A DNA stretch of 64,000 nt, from positions 2,400,001-2,464,000 of the forward strand of contig OY970309.1 in NCBI GenBank assembly GCA_963716395.1. The letters run 5' to 3'. The notes under the pieces were generated by a model. It searched no databases and was not told where the DNA came from. It worked only from the letters and a program-made list of their open reading frames with translations. This DNA comes from an uncultured Fibrobacteria bacterium. GTDB lineage: Bacteria; Fibrobacterota; Fibrobacteria; UBA11236. Below are positions 18,666 to 28,425 of the stretch, piece by piece (within the stretch, counting starts at the first letter, position 1; each line of letters begins with the position of its first letter). Position numbers and translations under genes: made by a program.

Positions 18666-20504
18666 TCAAGGCGAAGACGGGGTTTGGATGCGGGTCATTT
18701 TGGCGCGTAACGCGGGATTCTTTCCGAATTCGGATAAATACGCGTTGGCAGAGCGCGCCAGACTTTCGCGGGCCGCCGCGTCGCCGGGCTGTTGTTGGTA
18801 ATTGGCGAGGTCGGCGCGCCAGCGCCAATAGCTCAGATTTTCCCGAAACAGTCTGATGTCGAGAAAGGCCGGGCGCCGCGAGAGCAACGCTTCCACGGTT
18901 TTCCGCAAAGACGGAGTCCATTCTTCCAAAGTCGCCTGGGCTTGGCATTGCAGATAGTCCAAATCGGCCGACGCGGGAAAAAGCGACTGGGCGGCGGCCA
19001 AGTCGGCCAGCGCGCCTTGCGGATGGGTGCGCACTTCCGATTGCAGGTTCATGAAGGTTTGCGCATCCAACTCCGCCGGCTGGGGCGGTACGCCTTCGGC
19101 GGACATCGGAATCGTGTCGGCGGTCACCGTCTCTGCCGGACGCGCTGCGGCATGCCGCAGGCGCGTCTTTTTCTTTGCCGCCGCCGCCGGCGCGGCTACG
19201 GCGGAAGCAGGCGGCGGAGCCGGCTGCATCGCAGGCGGGGCCGCGGAAAGCGGCGGCGGAGCGGAGCGCTCCGCATGCCGCCACGGTTTCCAGAGCGCCA
19301 GGCCGGCGCCCAATAGGAGCAAGGCGAATAGAATGGCCAGGGCCGAAGCAATCTTCCCGGCCCGAGGGCCGGTTTGCGAAAGGTCGGCGGGTGGCGGAGT
19401 CGCGGCAGGCGTCGCGGGGTGCAAGGGAACGGTCGGTGCCGGCGCTTCGGCGGGATCGGGCAACCAGTTGGCGGAGGTCAGAAATTCGGCGAGCACCTGT
19501 TCGGTCGTGCGGCCTGGTGCCAGGCTTTGGAACAAGGTCTCCAAGGCCGCGGCCAAAGCCCCGGCGTCGGCGAATTGTGCGGGTTGCTCCTGCCACGGCT
19601 TGCCGAAATCATGCCACACGATGCAGCGGTCGATGATGGCGCCGGCGCCGGGCAAGACGGCCTCGGCCGCCGGCACCAGGCGCGCATAGTCGCTGCGATC
19701 CAGAATGCGGGTGATGATTTGCGGCGCGTTTTCGCCGGGAAAGGGCGGGGTTCCGGTCAGAAGTTGAAAGTAGACCGCGCCCAGAGCATGCACGTCGTGA
19801 CGCGTGTCGCGAAACCCCTTCCAGAAACTTTCCGATCCGGGAATCCGGCCCGACGCGGTGGATCTCTGCAAGCGCGCCTTGCTCATGTAGGGAACGGTAC
19901 CCGACAGACCCTGCCGCATGGTGCGCAGGGTGTCGAGATCGGTTTTCGCCGTGCCGAAATCGATCAGCACCACGCGGCCCCGTTCGTCGCCGCGCGTGCC
20001 CAGAATGAGGTTGCCCGGCGAAATATCGCGATGGGCCAGACCCTGCACGTCGCGATCGGGCCAATGCAGGCGGGCCGCATGGGCATAGGCCAGGGCCCGG
20101 GCCGCCGAAAGCGCCAGAGCCGTGGCCACCCGCGGAGGCAGCAGGCTATTCCACGGACGTTCCGCATCCAGGTGCTCCACGCTACGCGCCAGCACTTCGC
20201 GCACGCTGTGGCCCACGATGTAATCGAGCAGCATGTAGCGGCGGCCTTCGAATTCGCCCTGGCTGCGCAGCGTCACGATTTGCGGGTGTTTGAGACGGCT
20301 GAGAATGAGGCCTTCGTCGAGAAAGGCACGCAGTTCCTCTTCGTTCAAGCCCGGCAGCGCCACTTTCAGAACACGGCGTTCGCGCAATTCCTCATCGAAG
20401 GCCAGGTAGATCTGGGCGTGGCCGCCGCGCCCGAGCGGACGTTCGATGCGGCAGCGTTCCACTCGCCGGTCCGTCCAGGAATCCAAACTCGACCAAGCCG
20501 TCAC
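18666..20504 (-). CDS. Membrane-anchored Hanks-type Ser/Thr protein kinase
   Basis: GRGGHAQIY, VLKV, HRDISPGNL, IDFG; Pro/Ala linker, one TM, helical extracytoplasmic part. Confidence 0.9.
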   Translation of the reverse strand: MTAWSSLDSWTDRRVERCRIERPLGRGGHAQIYLAFDEELRERRVLKVALPGLNEEELRAFLDEGLILSRLKHPQIVTLRSQGEFEGRRYMLLDYIVGHSVREVLARSVEHLDAERPWNSLLPPRVATALALSAARALAYAHAARLHWPDRDVQGLAHRDISPGNLILGTRGDERGRVVLIDFGTAKTDLDTLRTMRQGLSGTVPYMSKARLQRSTASGRIPGSESFWKGFRDTRHDVHALGAVYFQLLTGTPPFPGENAPQIITRILDRSDYARLVPAAEAVLPGAGAIIDRCIVWHDFGKPWQEQPAQFADAGALAAALETLFQSLAPGRTTEQVLAEFLTSANWLPDPAEAPAPTVPLHPATPAATPPPADLSQTGPRAGKIASALAILFALLLLGAGLALWKPWRHAERSAPPPLSAAPPAMQPAPPPASAVAAPAAAAKKKTRLRHAAARPAETVTADTIPMSAEGVPPQPAELDAQTFMNLQSEVRTHPQGALADLAAAQSLFPASADLDYLQCQAQATLEEWTPSLRKTVEALLSRRPAFLDIRLFRENLSYWRWRADLANYQQQPGDAAARESLARSANAYLSEFGKNPALRAKMTRIQTPSSP

Positions 20505-20533
20505 GTCGCCATCCGCCGCAGAGCTTGCGGGCC

Positions 20534-21580
20534 TCAGTTGTAAATGCCCGTCTCCGAAGAATCGCGGTACGCGGCGTCGAGATATTTGACCGGATATTTA
20601 TCCGCCAGGCTTTTGAGCAGACGACGGATTTCTCCCTCGGTTTTCGCCTCGCGTTGACCCATCAGGGCTTGCAGGATTTCCAGCCGGTAACTTTGGTATT
20701 GGCCGTCATACTTCTCGATCAGCAGGATGAGATGATATCCCAACGGGGTGCGGAACACCGGGGAGAGTTGTCCCACGTGCAACGTCCGCACCTCTTTTTG
20801 AAAGGCGGGATGGAAATCGTGGGGGTCGAAGCGCTGCAAGTCGCCGCCGGATTTTCCTTCGGGGCCTTCGCTGAACTCGCTGGCCGCGGCCATGAAGCGA
20901 CGGATGAGCAGGGGCGTGTCGTCGCTGTCGCGGATGAGTTGATCGCGGATTTCCTGGAGCTTGTAGCGCTTCTGATCGGCCTCCTGGGCCGAAGTGGTGT
21001 CGCCCACCAGCATGAGGATTTGCAGGGCGCGCAGCGAATCGTTGACGGGGAATTCCTGATGATGCTGCGCCCAGAAGGCACGCATATCCGCTTCGGTGGG
21101 CGGATCGATTTTGTCGACGCGGGTGGCCAGCACCTTGTTGGCCAGCAATTGCTTCTCGATTTTCGCCTTGAGCGCGGCTTCGGTTTCACCGGCCTGGCGC
21201 AGCGCATCGTGATAGCTGGCCTGATCGGGAAACTGCGCTTTGAAGCCCCGCATGGCCGTGTCGATGTCTTGGGCCGTGAGGGCGATATGCTTGACCCGGG
21301 CTTCATGCCGCAGCAATTCCTCGCCGATGAGTTTGGTGGCCACCAGTTTTTTCAGCGTGGCCAGGCGCGTGGGATTGTTGGGAGTATTGGATTGGGCGCT
21401 TTGGGCTTTGTCCATGAGTTCGGCCAGGGTGTCGATTTGGTTGCGGTGGATGGCCGCTCCCGCGACGGTGATGACTATGGGATCGGAGGACATCCGGTGG
21501 GTTTTGGCGGCCGCCGGCAACGCTGTCAATACCATGACGGAAATGGCGGCCAGAGAAGCGATGGGGAAAAAGGATGGCAT
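20534..21580 (-). CDS. SurA/PrsA-like parvulin peptidyl-prolyl isomerase
   Basis: Signal peptide; SurA N-domain; SEGPEGKSGGDL and GQLSPVFRTPLGYHLI parvulin motifs. Confidence 0.88.
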   Translation of the reverse strand: MPSFFPIASLAAISVMVLTALPAAAKTHRMSSDPIVITVAGAAIHRNQIDTLAELMDKAQSAQSNTPNNPTRLATLKKLVATKLIGEELLRHEARVKHIALTAQDIDTAMRGFKAQFPDQASYHDALRQAGETEAALKAKIEKQLLANKVLATRVDKIDPPTEADMRAFWAQHHQEFPVNDSLRALQILMLVGDTTSAQEADQKRYKLQEIRDQLIRDSDDTPLLIRRFMAAASEFSEGPEGKSGGDLQRFDPHDFHPAFQKEVRTLHVGQLSPVFRTPLGYHLILLIEKYDGQYQSYRLEILQALMGQREAKTEGEIRRLLKSLADKYPVKYLDAAYRDSSETGIYN

Positions 21581-21620
21581 GCGAGGACTCCGCCCCGGCG
21601 TGGAAGGTGGATTCCGGGGT

Positions 21621-23231
21621 GTGGTAAATTTACGAACAAAGAGGAGCCACCCGATTTCTAACCCCACATTTGATCTGTTCATCGTTGGCGGAGGCATCAA
21701 CGGCGCGGCTTTGGCCGATCTCGCCGCCGCGCAAGGCGTGTCGACGGCGCTGGCCGAAGCCGGCGACTTCGGCGCGGGCGCCAGTTCGAACACCTCGAAG
21801 CTGGTGCATGGCGGCTTGCGCTATCTCGAAACCGGTTCGCTCTCGCTGGTGCGCGACGCGGTGCGCGAACGCGCGCATCTACTCGCCCTGGCTCCGCATC
21901 TGGTGCGGCCGGAACGCTTTTTCTTTCCCCTGGGCGGGTTCGGCCGGCATGGCCGCTGGGCCGTGAAGGCCGGCCTCTGGCTGTACGACGCCTTGGCCGG
22001 CTCGCTGCGGCTGCGCCCGCACGGCTATGTCACGCCCGCGGAGTTCCGCGCGGCGGAACCGGGATTTCTGCCGGGGGAACGCGTGGCGGCTTACACCTAC
22101 AGCGATTGCGTCATGGACGACGCCCGCCTGACGCTCGAAACCGTGCTCGACGCCGAAGCTAAAGGCGCCCGGGTCTGGAATTACCGCCGGGTCACGGCGC
22201 TGGAGCCGGCCGACGGCGCCTGGGAGATCACGCTGGAAGATCGCTTCACCGGCCGCGAGACCGTGCTCACCGCGCGCCGCGTGGCCCTGGCCCTGGGGCC
22301 ATGGACCGATTCGGCCCTGCGCCAATGGCGGGGCGAAAGCGGCACGCGCGTGCGCCTGAGCCAGGGCTCGCATTTGCTGATCGAAGGCCTGCCCGCCGCA
22401 TCGTGCTTTCTGTTGCCCGTGCCCGGTAGCCGCCGGTATTTTTTTGTGATCCCCTTTCGCGGTTTGCATCTGGTGGGCACCACCGAAGTCGAATTACCCA
22501 CGGGCGCGGATCCCAACCGCGGCATCTCCCCGGAAGAGAAGGCGGAGCTTTTGGCCCTGGTGCGGCGTTATTTTCCGGGGGCCGCGCCGCAGGTACGCGC
22601 CACCTTCACCGGCGTGCGCCCCCTGGCCGGCGGGGGCGGCAGCACGGTGACCTTGAGCCGCGAGCACGTGTTCCACAAATTGCCAGACGGCCTGTACGCG
22701 GCCGTGGGCGGCAAATACACCACGCACCGCGTATTGGCCCGCGATTTTTTTTGTTTCATCTTCGGCCGCAAAAAGAAAGACGTGCCGCTTTCCGATCAGC
22801 CTTATCCGGGCGCCTACGGAGCCGGAGGGCCCGACGCCTTGCTGCAAAAGCTCGCGGCTGCGCCCAGCGGCCCGCCCGCGGCCTGGCCGCGCTGGGCCGT
22901 CACCTACGGGGCGCGCAGCTTGGAGTTGGCCGACTTCATTGCGGCACATCCGAGGTCGGGCCGCGCCTGGCCTGGCGAAGGCGGCTTCTGCGAGGGCGAG
23001 GTGCTTTTCTCCCGCGAACGCGAGCATTGCCGCACGGCCGTCGACTTCTTCCGCCGCCGCACGGGCGCCTATTTCTCGGCCGGCGCCGGCTTGGAAAACT
23101 TGGCCGCCGTGGAAAGCGTGCTGGCCCCAGCCGCTGCCGGAGCTTCCGCCGCCGCACCGGCGGCCTGGGGCGAAGAAACCGATTACCGCGCCTTTCTCCA
23201 ACGCCATGAGCATCGCGCCCTCGCCCCCTGA
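21621..23231 (+). CDS. glpD: FAD-dependent glycerol-3-phosphate dehydrogenase/oxidase
   Basis: DLFIVGGGINGA, GASSNTSKLVHGGLRYLE, DDARL, GGKYTT; start is either GTG 21621 or ATT 21654 (see findings). Confidence 0.9.
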   Translation: MVNLRTKRSHPISNPTFDLFIVGGGINGAALADLAAAQGVSTALAEAGDFGAGASSNTSKLVHGGLRYLETGSLSLVRDAVRERAHLLALAPHLVRPERFFFPLGGFGRHGRWAVKAGLWLYDALAGSLRLRPHGYVTPAEFRAAEPGFLPGERVAAYTYSDCVMDDARLTLETVLDAEAKGARVWNYRRVTALEPADGAWEITLEDRFTGRETVLTARRVALALGPWTDSALRQWRGESGTRVRLSQGSHLLIEGLPAASCFLLPVPGSRRYFFVIPFRGLHLVGTTEVELPTGADPNRGISPEEKAELLALVRRYFPGAAPQVRATFTGVRPLAGGGGSTVTLSREHVFHKLPDGLYAAVGGKYTTHRVLARDFFCFIFGRKKKDVPLSDQPYPGAYGAGGPDALLQKLAAAPSGPPAAWPRWAVTYGARSLELADFIAAHPRSGRAWPGEGGFCEGEVLFSREREHCRTAVDFFRRRTGAYFSAGAGLENLAAVESVLAPAAAGASAAAPAAWGEETDYRAFLQRHEHRALAP

Positions 23232-23985
23232 GCCCTGGCGCATCGCCCACCGGGGGTATCATGCGCGTTGCGTCGAGAACACGCTGGAGGCGTTTGCATC
23301 GGCCTATGGGTTCGGCTGCGATTTGGTGGAGTTCGACGTGCAGCTCGCGGCCGACGGCGTGCCCGTGATTTTTCATGACGACGATTTGCGCCGCCTGGGG
23401 CGCCGTTCCGAAGCCGTCTGCGCATTGCCGGCGCGCGAACTCGGCCGGGTGGAATTGCGCGATCCCGCGACGCACGCCGTGGGCCGCATTCCCACGCTCG
23501 CCGAATTTCTGGCGGCTTTCGGATCGAATCCCTTTTATCTCGAGCTCAAGGTGCCGGCGCGCCAAGTGCGCACTCCCGAATATTGGCGCGACTTGACCGG
23601 CCGTGCGGTGGCGGCGCTGCGCGCCTTACCCCTGCATCCGCTGACCTTCGTGGCCAGCTTTCATCACAACGCGGCGCGCTACGCGCTGGCCGACCTGGAC
23701 TTCGCGCGCACCGCAGTCATCCATGCGCGCCGGGCCGACTGGTTGGCCGTGTGCAAGGCCGGCCCCGCCGACCCCCTGTCGCGGCGCCTGTTCGACTCGA
23801 TTCCCTTCGCCCTGCTGCGCCGGGCGCGGCCGGGGGCGGGCGGCGGACCGCCGTTGCTGGTTTGGGATGTGGCGGGCGACGCCGCCTGGCGCGCCGTGGC
23901 CGCGGCGGGCGTGGCCGGCGTGGTGTCGGACGAGGTAGCGGAAATGTTACGCCGGCTGGCGCCGGCGCCTCAGAACAAAGCGTAA
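23206..23985 (+). CDS. Glycerophosphodiester phosphodiesterase
   Basis: IAHRG, ENTLEAF, VEFDVQL, VIFHDDDL, IPTLAEFL, LELK. Confidence 0.9.
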   Translation: MSIAPSPPEPWRIAHRGYHARCVENTLEAFASAYGFGCDLVEFDVQLAADGVPVIFHDDDLRRLGRRSEAVCALPARELGRVELRDPATHAVGRIPTLAEFLAAFGSNPFYLELKVPARQVRTPEYWRDLTGRAVAALRALPLHPLTFVASFHHNAARYALADLDFARTAVIHARRADWLAVCKAGPADPLSRRLFDSIPFALLRRARPGAGGGPPLLVWDVAGDAAWRAVAAAGVAGVVSDEVAEMLRRLAPAPQNKA

Positions 23986-24968
23986 AACGAGCGGCGCAAA
24001 TCGAGCAGGCGCACGCGCGCGGCCAACGACACGGTGAGGGGCCCGCCCTGCGCGCAAAAGCCGGTGCGATCTTCGCCGTCGATTTGCACCGGCGTTCCCG
24101 GCGGCAGTTCCAGCGTCAGACTTTTGACCCGGTAACGCGGCAAGCCGCCGCGCAGCCAGCGCGCCAGCGGCGGGATCAGCCGTGATCCCCCGGTGACAAG
24201 GGTGTATTTCCACAGCGCGTCGAAGACGCTGACTTCCAGCCGCCCGTCGTCGAAGCGGTTCTCCGGAAACGGATGCGCGCCGGCCGCGTAGGAGTTGATG
24301 TTGGCCACCAGCACGGTGCGCCGTCCCTCCAGCTCCAACACTTTTTCACCCGTTTCGGTTTCGCAGCGCAGCCGCGCGCCGGCCGGCAAACGGTAGCGGG
24401 CGTGGGAGAGGAACGAGCCGACGTAATAGACGCGGTTGCCCAACGTGCCGCCGCGAATGCCGCCCCGCTTGCGCGCCTGGTCGAACGCGTGCAGTACCGC
24501 CGCGTCGAGGCCGGCGCTCAAATACGCCACCAAAGTGTTGTCGCCGCCCACGTCCCAGAGATCGAAGACGTGGCTGGGCGCCCGCAACAGGCGCTTCAAA
24601 CAGGCGATGAGGCCTTTGGCGTCGTAGACGCGGTAGATGCCGAGCGCGCGCGCCAGATCGTTGCCGGTGCCGAGGGGAATGAGGCCCACCGCCGTGTCGG
24701 GGCGCAGGCGCCGCGCCCGGTCGAGCACCGCGCCCAGCGTGCCGTCGCCGCCCACGGCGATGAGTTTGCGCGCCGCGCGCAACAGGCCGTCGATTTGCTC
24801 GGGGGCGCGTTGTGGATCGGTAAATTCCGCGGTCCAGATGCCGCGGTCCAGGTGAAAGCTGTCGAGCACTTCGCCCAGTTGGCGAAAGACCCGGCGGCCC
24901 ACCCCGTCGCCGGAAACCGGATTGATGAGGAAGGCCAATTCCAGCGCGGGCGTAGCTTCAGTGGGCAT
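23970..24968 (-). CDS. Diacylglycerol/lipid kinase family protein
   Basis: INPVSG, GGDGT, IPLGTGNDLAR, QIDGE. Confidence 0.9.
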   Translation of the reverse strand: MPTEATPALELAFLINPVSGDGVGRRVFRQLGEVLDSFHLDRGIWTAEFTDPQRAPEQIDGLLRAARKLIAVGGDGTLGAVLDRARRLRPDTAVGLIPLGTGNDLARALGIYRVYDAKGLIACLKRLLRAPSHVFDLWDVGGDNTLVAYLSAGLDAAVLHAFDQARKRGGIRGGTLGNRVYYVGSFLSHARYRLPAGARLRCETETGEKVLELEGRRTVLVANINSYAAGAHPFPENRFDDGRLEVSVFDALWKYTLVTGGSRLIPPLARWLRGGLPRYRVKSLTLELPPGTPVQIDGEDRTGFCAQGGPLTVSLAARVRLLDLRRSFYALF

Positions 24969-25587
24969 AGAAGAACCGGTAGATGCGCGCCAGGAAAAAA
25001 TCCTTAAAGCGGCTGGCCCATTCGCGGCCGTGCCATTCGCTTTCGCCCGGTTCCACAGCCAGACCGTAGGCGGTGATGCCGAGCCGGTGGGCGATGTACA
25101 GGGCCCGCGGCAAATGATAGCGCTGGCTGACGAAGGCCACCCGATCGAACCCGAAAACCTCCTTGCAATGCACCATGGTTACGAAGGTGCTGCGGCCGTC
25201 GGGGTCGAGCAACACGTCCTGCACGGGAAAGCCGTGCTCCTTGGCGTAGTCGCGCATGGCCTTGGTTTCGCTGTACCCCTGCGGTATGTCGGTTCCCGAA
25301 AGCAGCAGCTTGACCCCCGTGCGCGCCCGCGCCAGCGCCATGGCCGCTTCCATGCGTTGCGCCAGCACCGGCGACAGGCGGCCTGAGCGGTGCACGCTGG
25401 CTCCGGGTACGATCACGGCCTGCACGGCCGGAATCGAGTCGGGCTGGGTGTAAATGTCCGGGGCGGCGGTAACTTCCATGTACACGCCGATGATCCAGGC
25501 TGAAGCGCCCAGCGCCACGGCCAGAAAGAGGAGGTTCGAAAACAGACCGGCGGAGCGCCGGGATGCTTTTGGCTGCGGAGGGTTCAT
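24958..25587 (-). CDS. SanA/YdcF (DUF218) family protein
   Basis: N-terminal TM; VIVPGAS, LLLSG, SQRYHLPRALY, REW. Confidence 0.85.
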   Translation of the reverse strand: MNPPQPKASRRSAGLFSNLLFLAVALGASAWIIGVYMEVTAAPDIYTQPDSIPAVQAVIVPGASVHRSGRLSPVLAQRMEAAMALARARTGVKLLLSGTDIPQGYSETKAMRDYAKEHGFPVQDVLLDPDGRSTFVTMVHCKEVFGFDRVAFVSQRYHLPRALYIAHRLGITAYGLAVEPGESEWHGREWASRFKDFFLARIYRFFYAH

Positions 25588-25645
25588 GCGGCATTTCTCC
25601 GGCTCCCGAAATTTATTGCGCCCCGGGAACCGCGGCGAAGGCGCC

Positions 25646-26161
25646 TCAGCGTCCGGGACCTTGGAGATATTGATTTTTGACGCCTACGTATTTCCAGGCC
25701 AAAGCCGGAATGGATTGCCGTTCGGCCGGGTCGAGCGGGCGCACCACTTTCGCGGGCCGACCCAGAATCAGCGAACCCGGAGGATATTCCTTGCCTTTGG
25801 GCAGCAGGCTGCCGGCGCCCACAATGCTGTCTTCGCCCACCACGGCGCCGTCCATCACGATGCTGCCCATGCCCACCAGCACGCGCGCGCCCACCGTGCA
25901 GGCATGCAGAATGCACCCATGCCCGACGCTGACATCGGCGCCGATGAGGGCCGGCCGGTCGCTGGCAATATGCACCGTGGTGAGGTCTTGAATGTTGGAT
26001 CGCGCGCCCACTTCAATGGCGTTGATGTCGCCGCGCAGCACGCAATGAAAAAAGACCGAAGCGTCGGGACCCAAGGTCACGCGGCCGATCACATCGGCAC
26101 TGGCGGCGACGAAGACGCCCGTGGCCAGAACCGGAACCTGGGTTTGATACGGGTGGAGCAC
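25646..26161 (-). CDS. Gamma-carbonic anhydrase family hexapeptide-repeat protein
   Basis: VLRGDINAIEVGARSNIQD, VGHGCILHAC. Confidence 0.92.
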   Translation of the reverse strand: MLHPYQTQVPVLATGVFVAASADVIGRVTLGPDASVFFHCVLRGDINAIEVGARSNIQDLTTVHIASDRPALIGADVSVGHGCILHACTVGARVLVGMGSIVMDGAVVGEDSIVGAGSLLPKGKEYPPGSLILGRPAKVVRPLDPAERQSIPALAWKYVGVKNQYLQGPGR

Positions 26162-26180
26162 GGTTTCCGCTCCGCCCGGC

Positions 26181-26636
26181 CTAAGGGAACAACTGGGGGC
26201 GCAACTGGGAATAGGGCGGGTATTCCGCCAGCTCTTCGGCGCGGAACCAATAACGCACTTCGCGGTCCGCGCTTTCCGGAGAGTCCGAGGCGTGCACGAT
26301 GTTCTCGCCCATGCTGGGCGCGAAGTCGTGGCGGATGGTTCCGGGCAAGGCGTTTTTCGGATTGGTGGCGCCGTTCATCTGGCGCACCGCTTCGACGGCC
26401 TTCTCGCCCCGCAAGGCCAAAAGCACCACCGGACCCGAGGTCATGAAATTCACCAGCTCGGCGAAAAAGCCCTTGCCGCGATGCTCGGCGTAAAAGCCGT
26501 CGGCTTCTTCGCGGGTGATGCGGCGCAAATGCAGGCCGGCCACGGCCAGACGGGCCTTTTCATAACGCCCCACGATTTCGCCGATGAGGCCGCCGCGTAC
26601 GCCGTTGGGTTTGATGATGACCAAGGTGATTTCCAT
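26181..26636 (-). CDS. ndk: Nucleoside diphosphate kinase
   Basis: TLVIIKPNG, FYAEH, FMTSGPVV, GATNP, PGTIR, NIVHASDS. Confidence 0.97.
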   Translation of the reverse strand: MEITLVIIKPNGVRGGLIGEIVGRYEKARLAVAGLHLRRITREEADGFYAEHRGKGFFAELVNFMTSGPVVLLALRGEKAVEAVRQMNGATNPKNALPGTIRHDFAPSMGENIVHASDSPESADREVRYWFRAEELAEYPPYSQLRPQLFP

Positions 26637-26862
26637 GCCTGCCGCCGTGATTTGCTGAAAAAGTGGCCCATAAGATAATCTCCGGACGCGCCGGGGAACA
26701 AGCGCGCGGGACAAACCACGCCGTCTTACGCAGACGGAAGCCGGGAGACGGGCTGTCCTCGGCGGGTTGCGCGCAAGGCAATCGGCGATCGGGGTGGGAA
26801 AGAGGCGGCCTTCGCAGCCGGTTCCGGGAACAGGAAACCTGGTGGTCCAGCAAAGTTCAGTG

Positions 26863-26898
26863 ACCTATAGCGATAACCTATAGGTTACCGCTATAGGT
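26863..26898. repeat. 36-bp near-perfect palindrome with three CTATAG hexamers at 13-bp spacing
   Basis: acctatagcg-a-taacctataggtta-c-cgctataggt: one mismatched pair in 18; CTATAG at 26865, 26878 and 26891. Confidence 0.9.
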
Positions 26899-27111
26899 TC
26901 TGTTACAGGTTATGCAAACAGGGAGATCGGGAGGCGGTTTATCCCGCGGGGCTTCCGCGCGGTCCGGCGTTCCCCACGCGTCATTTTGGGGGCGTCCGCC
27001 GACCCTTGCCAAATTGACTTCACAAGCCGAGGATGCGCCCGGTGGTGTCGAGCTAAATTGCTTTTCGAATTTCCGATTTTTCCTTTTTGATTAAAAGAAA
27101 GCGGGGATCGC

Positions 27112-28425
27112 GTGAATAGCGAAAAATCCGACGTCAAAGGATCCTTATCCGATTTATTGCATCTGGCGGAAAAGGTCGTGCACAAAGACAAAGAAACCGA
27201 TCTCGGCAAATTCATTGATTACAGTATTCCCGAGCCCAACAAAGAATTTCTCTACCGATTTCCCTGGAGTATTAATGATAATCCGGTAGGATGGGTCGAA
27301 GTCACCGACAAATGCAATATTTATTGCAAAGGCTGCTACCGCAATCGCATGGAGGGCCATAAAACCCTGGAGGCGATCCAAGCCGAAATCGATTTTATGC
27401 AAAAGTGGCGTAAAGTCGACACGATCTACCTGGCCGGCGGCGAGCCGCTGATCCATCCCGACATCGTCGCCATCGTGAAGTATATCACCGCGTTGAAGTT
27501 GAAGCCGACCATTATCTCCAACGGGCAGGCGCTGACCCAAGCCTTGCTGCACGATTTGAAAAAAGCGGGGTTGGCGGAAATCAGTTTTCATGTCGATTCC
27601 GGTCAAATCCGACAAGGCTGGACGGGGAAAGACGAAATCGAATTGACCCGCTTGCGGCAAAAGTTCGCCGACTTGCTCGCGCAAGCGGGCGGGGTGAAAT
27701 GCAATTTCAATATGACGGTTTCCAAGCGCAACGTCGAAGACGTTTCCAAAACGGTGCAATGGGTTCTCGACAACCGGGGGAAAGTCACCGGATTGACCAT
27801 CATCACCCTCCGGGGCGGCTTGCTGGGAGAAGGTGTCGAATTTATCGCCAATGGCGGTAAAATCGAACTTTCACATAAAGATCTGGGATATGTATCGAAA
27901 ACGGATATTCGTTCCTCTTACATCAAGACCCACGACGTCTATCGATTATTGAAAACGCATTTTAAACATTACGAGGCCGGCGCGTATTTGGGCGGAACCC
28001 AGGGGCACACTTCGGTCAAATGGCTGATCGGGGCCGCGTTATGCTCCGGCAACGAAATTGTCGGGTCGATTGGTCCGGCGGGGATGGAGTTTTTCCAGTC
28101 AGGCCATCATTGGTTCAAAGGAAATTATTCGGTGGGAGGCAAGGCTCCCATCGGGAGAACCGTGTTTTTATTGGCCTTGGTGGATAAGAATGTCAGAAAG
28201 GTCTTGTGGAAATTTATACTGCACCCCTGGATGTTTTTCAGAAAATTTTACGGTGTTTCCCTGGCCATCATCCAACCTCCCGACATCCTGGAAAACGGCA
28301 ATATCGAAATGTGTGATAGTTGCCCGGACCTGACTTTATATAAGGGCGAACTGGTCAATTCGTGCCGCCTCGATGAAGTGCGGTTGCATGGCAGTTTGAT
28401 CAGTCGGGTCGTTACCAAAAATTGA
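27112..28425 (+). CDS. Radical SAM protein of unknown function
   Basis: CNIYCKGC (CxxxCxxC), GGEP; extra C-terminal Cys motif CDSCPD...SC. Confidence 0.9.
   Translation: MNSEKSDVKGSLSDLLHLAEKVVHKDKETDLGKFIDYSIPEPNKEFLYRFPWSINDNPVGWVEVTDKCNIYCKGCYRNRMEGHKTLEAIQAEIDFMQKWRKVDTIYLAGGEPLIHPDIVAIVKYITALKLKPTIISNGQALTQALLHDLKKAGLAEISFHVDSGQIRQGWTGKDEIELTRLRQKFADLLAQAGGVKCNFNMTVSKRNVEDVSKTVQWVLDNRGKVTGLTIITLRGGLLGEGVEFIANGGKIELSHKDLGYVSKTDIRSSYIKTHDVYRLLKTHFKHYEAGAYLGGTQGHTSVKWLIGAALCSGNEIVGSIGPAGMEFFQSGHHWFKGNYSVGGKAPIGRTVFLLALVDKNVRKVLWKFILHPWMFFRKFYGVSLAIIQPPDILENGNIEMCDSCPDLTLYKGELVNSCRLDEVRLHGSLISRVVTKN

Noticed and set aside
26600-26636. Ndk motif KPNG instead of KPDG
   Set aside because: KPN variants occur in functional Ndk enzymes such as E. 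coli; the catalytic His motif is intact.
26650-26860. GC-rich intergenic stretch upstream of ndk as a possible ncRNA or riboswitch
   Set aside because: No recognisable tRNA, 6S, SRP, tmRNA or riboswitch consensus by eye; an Rfam/Infernal search would be needed.
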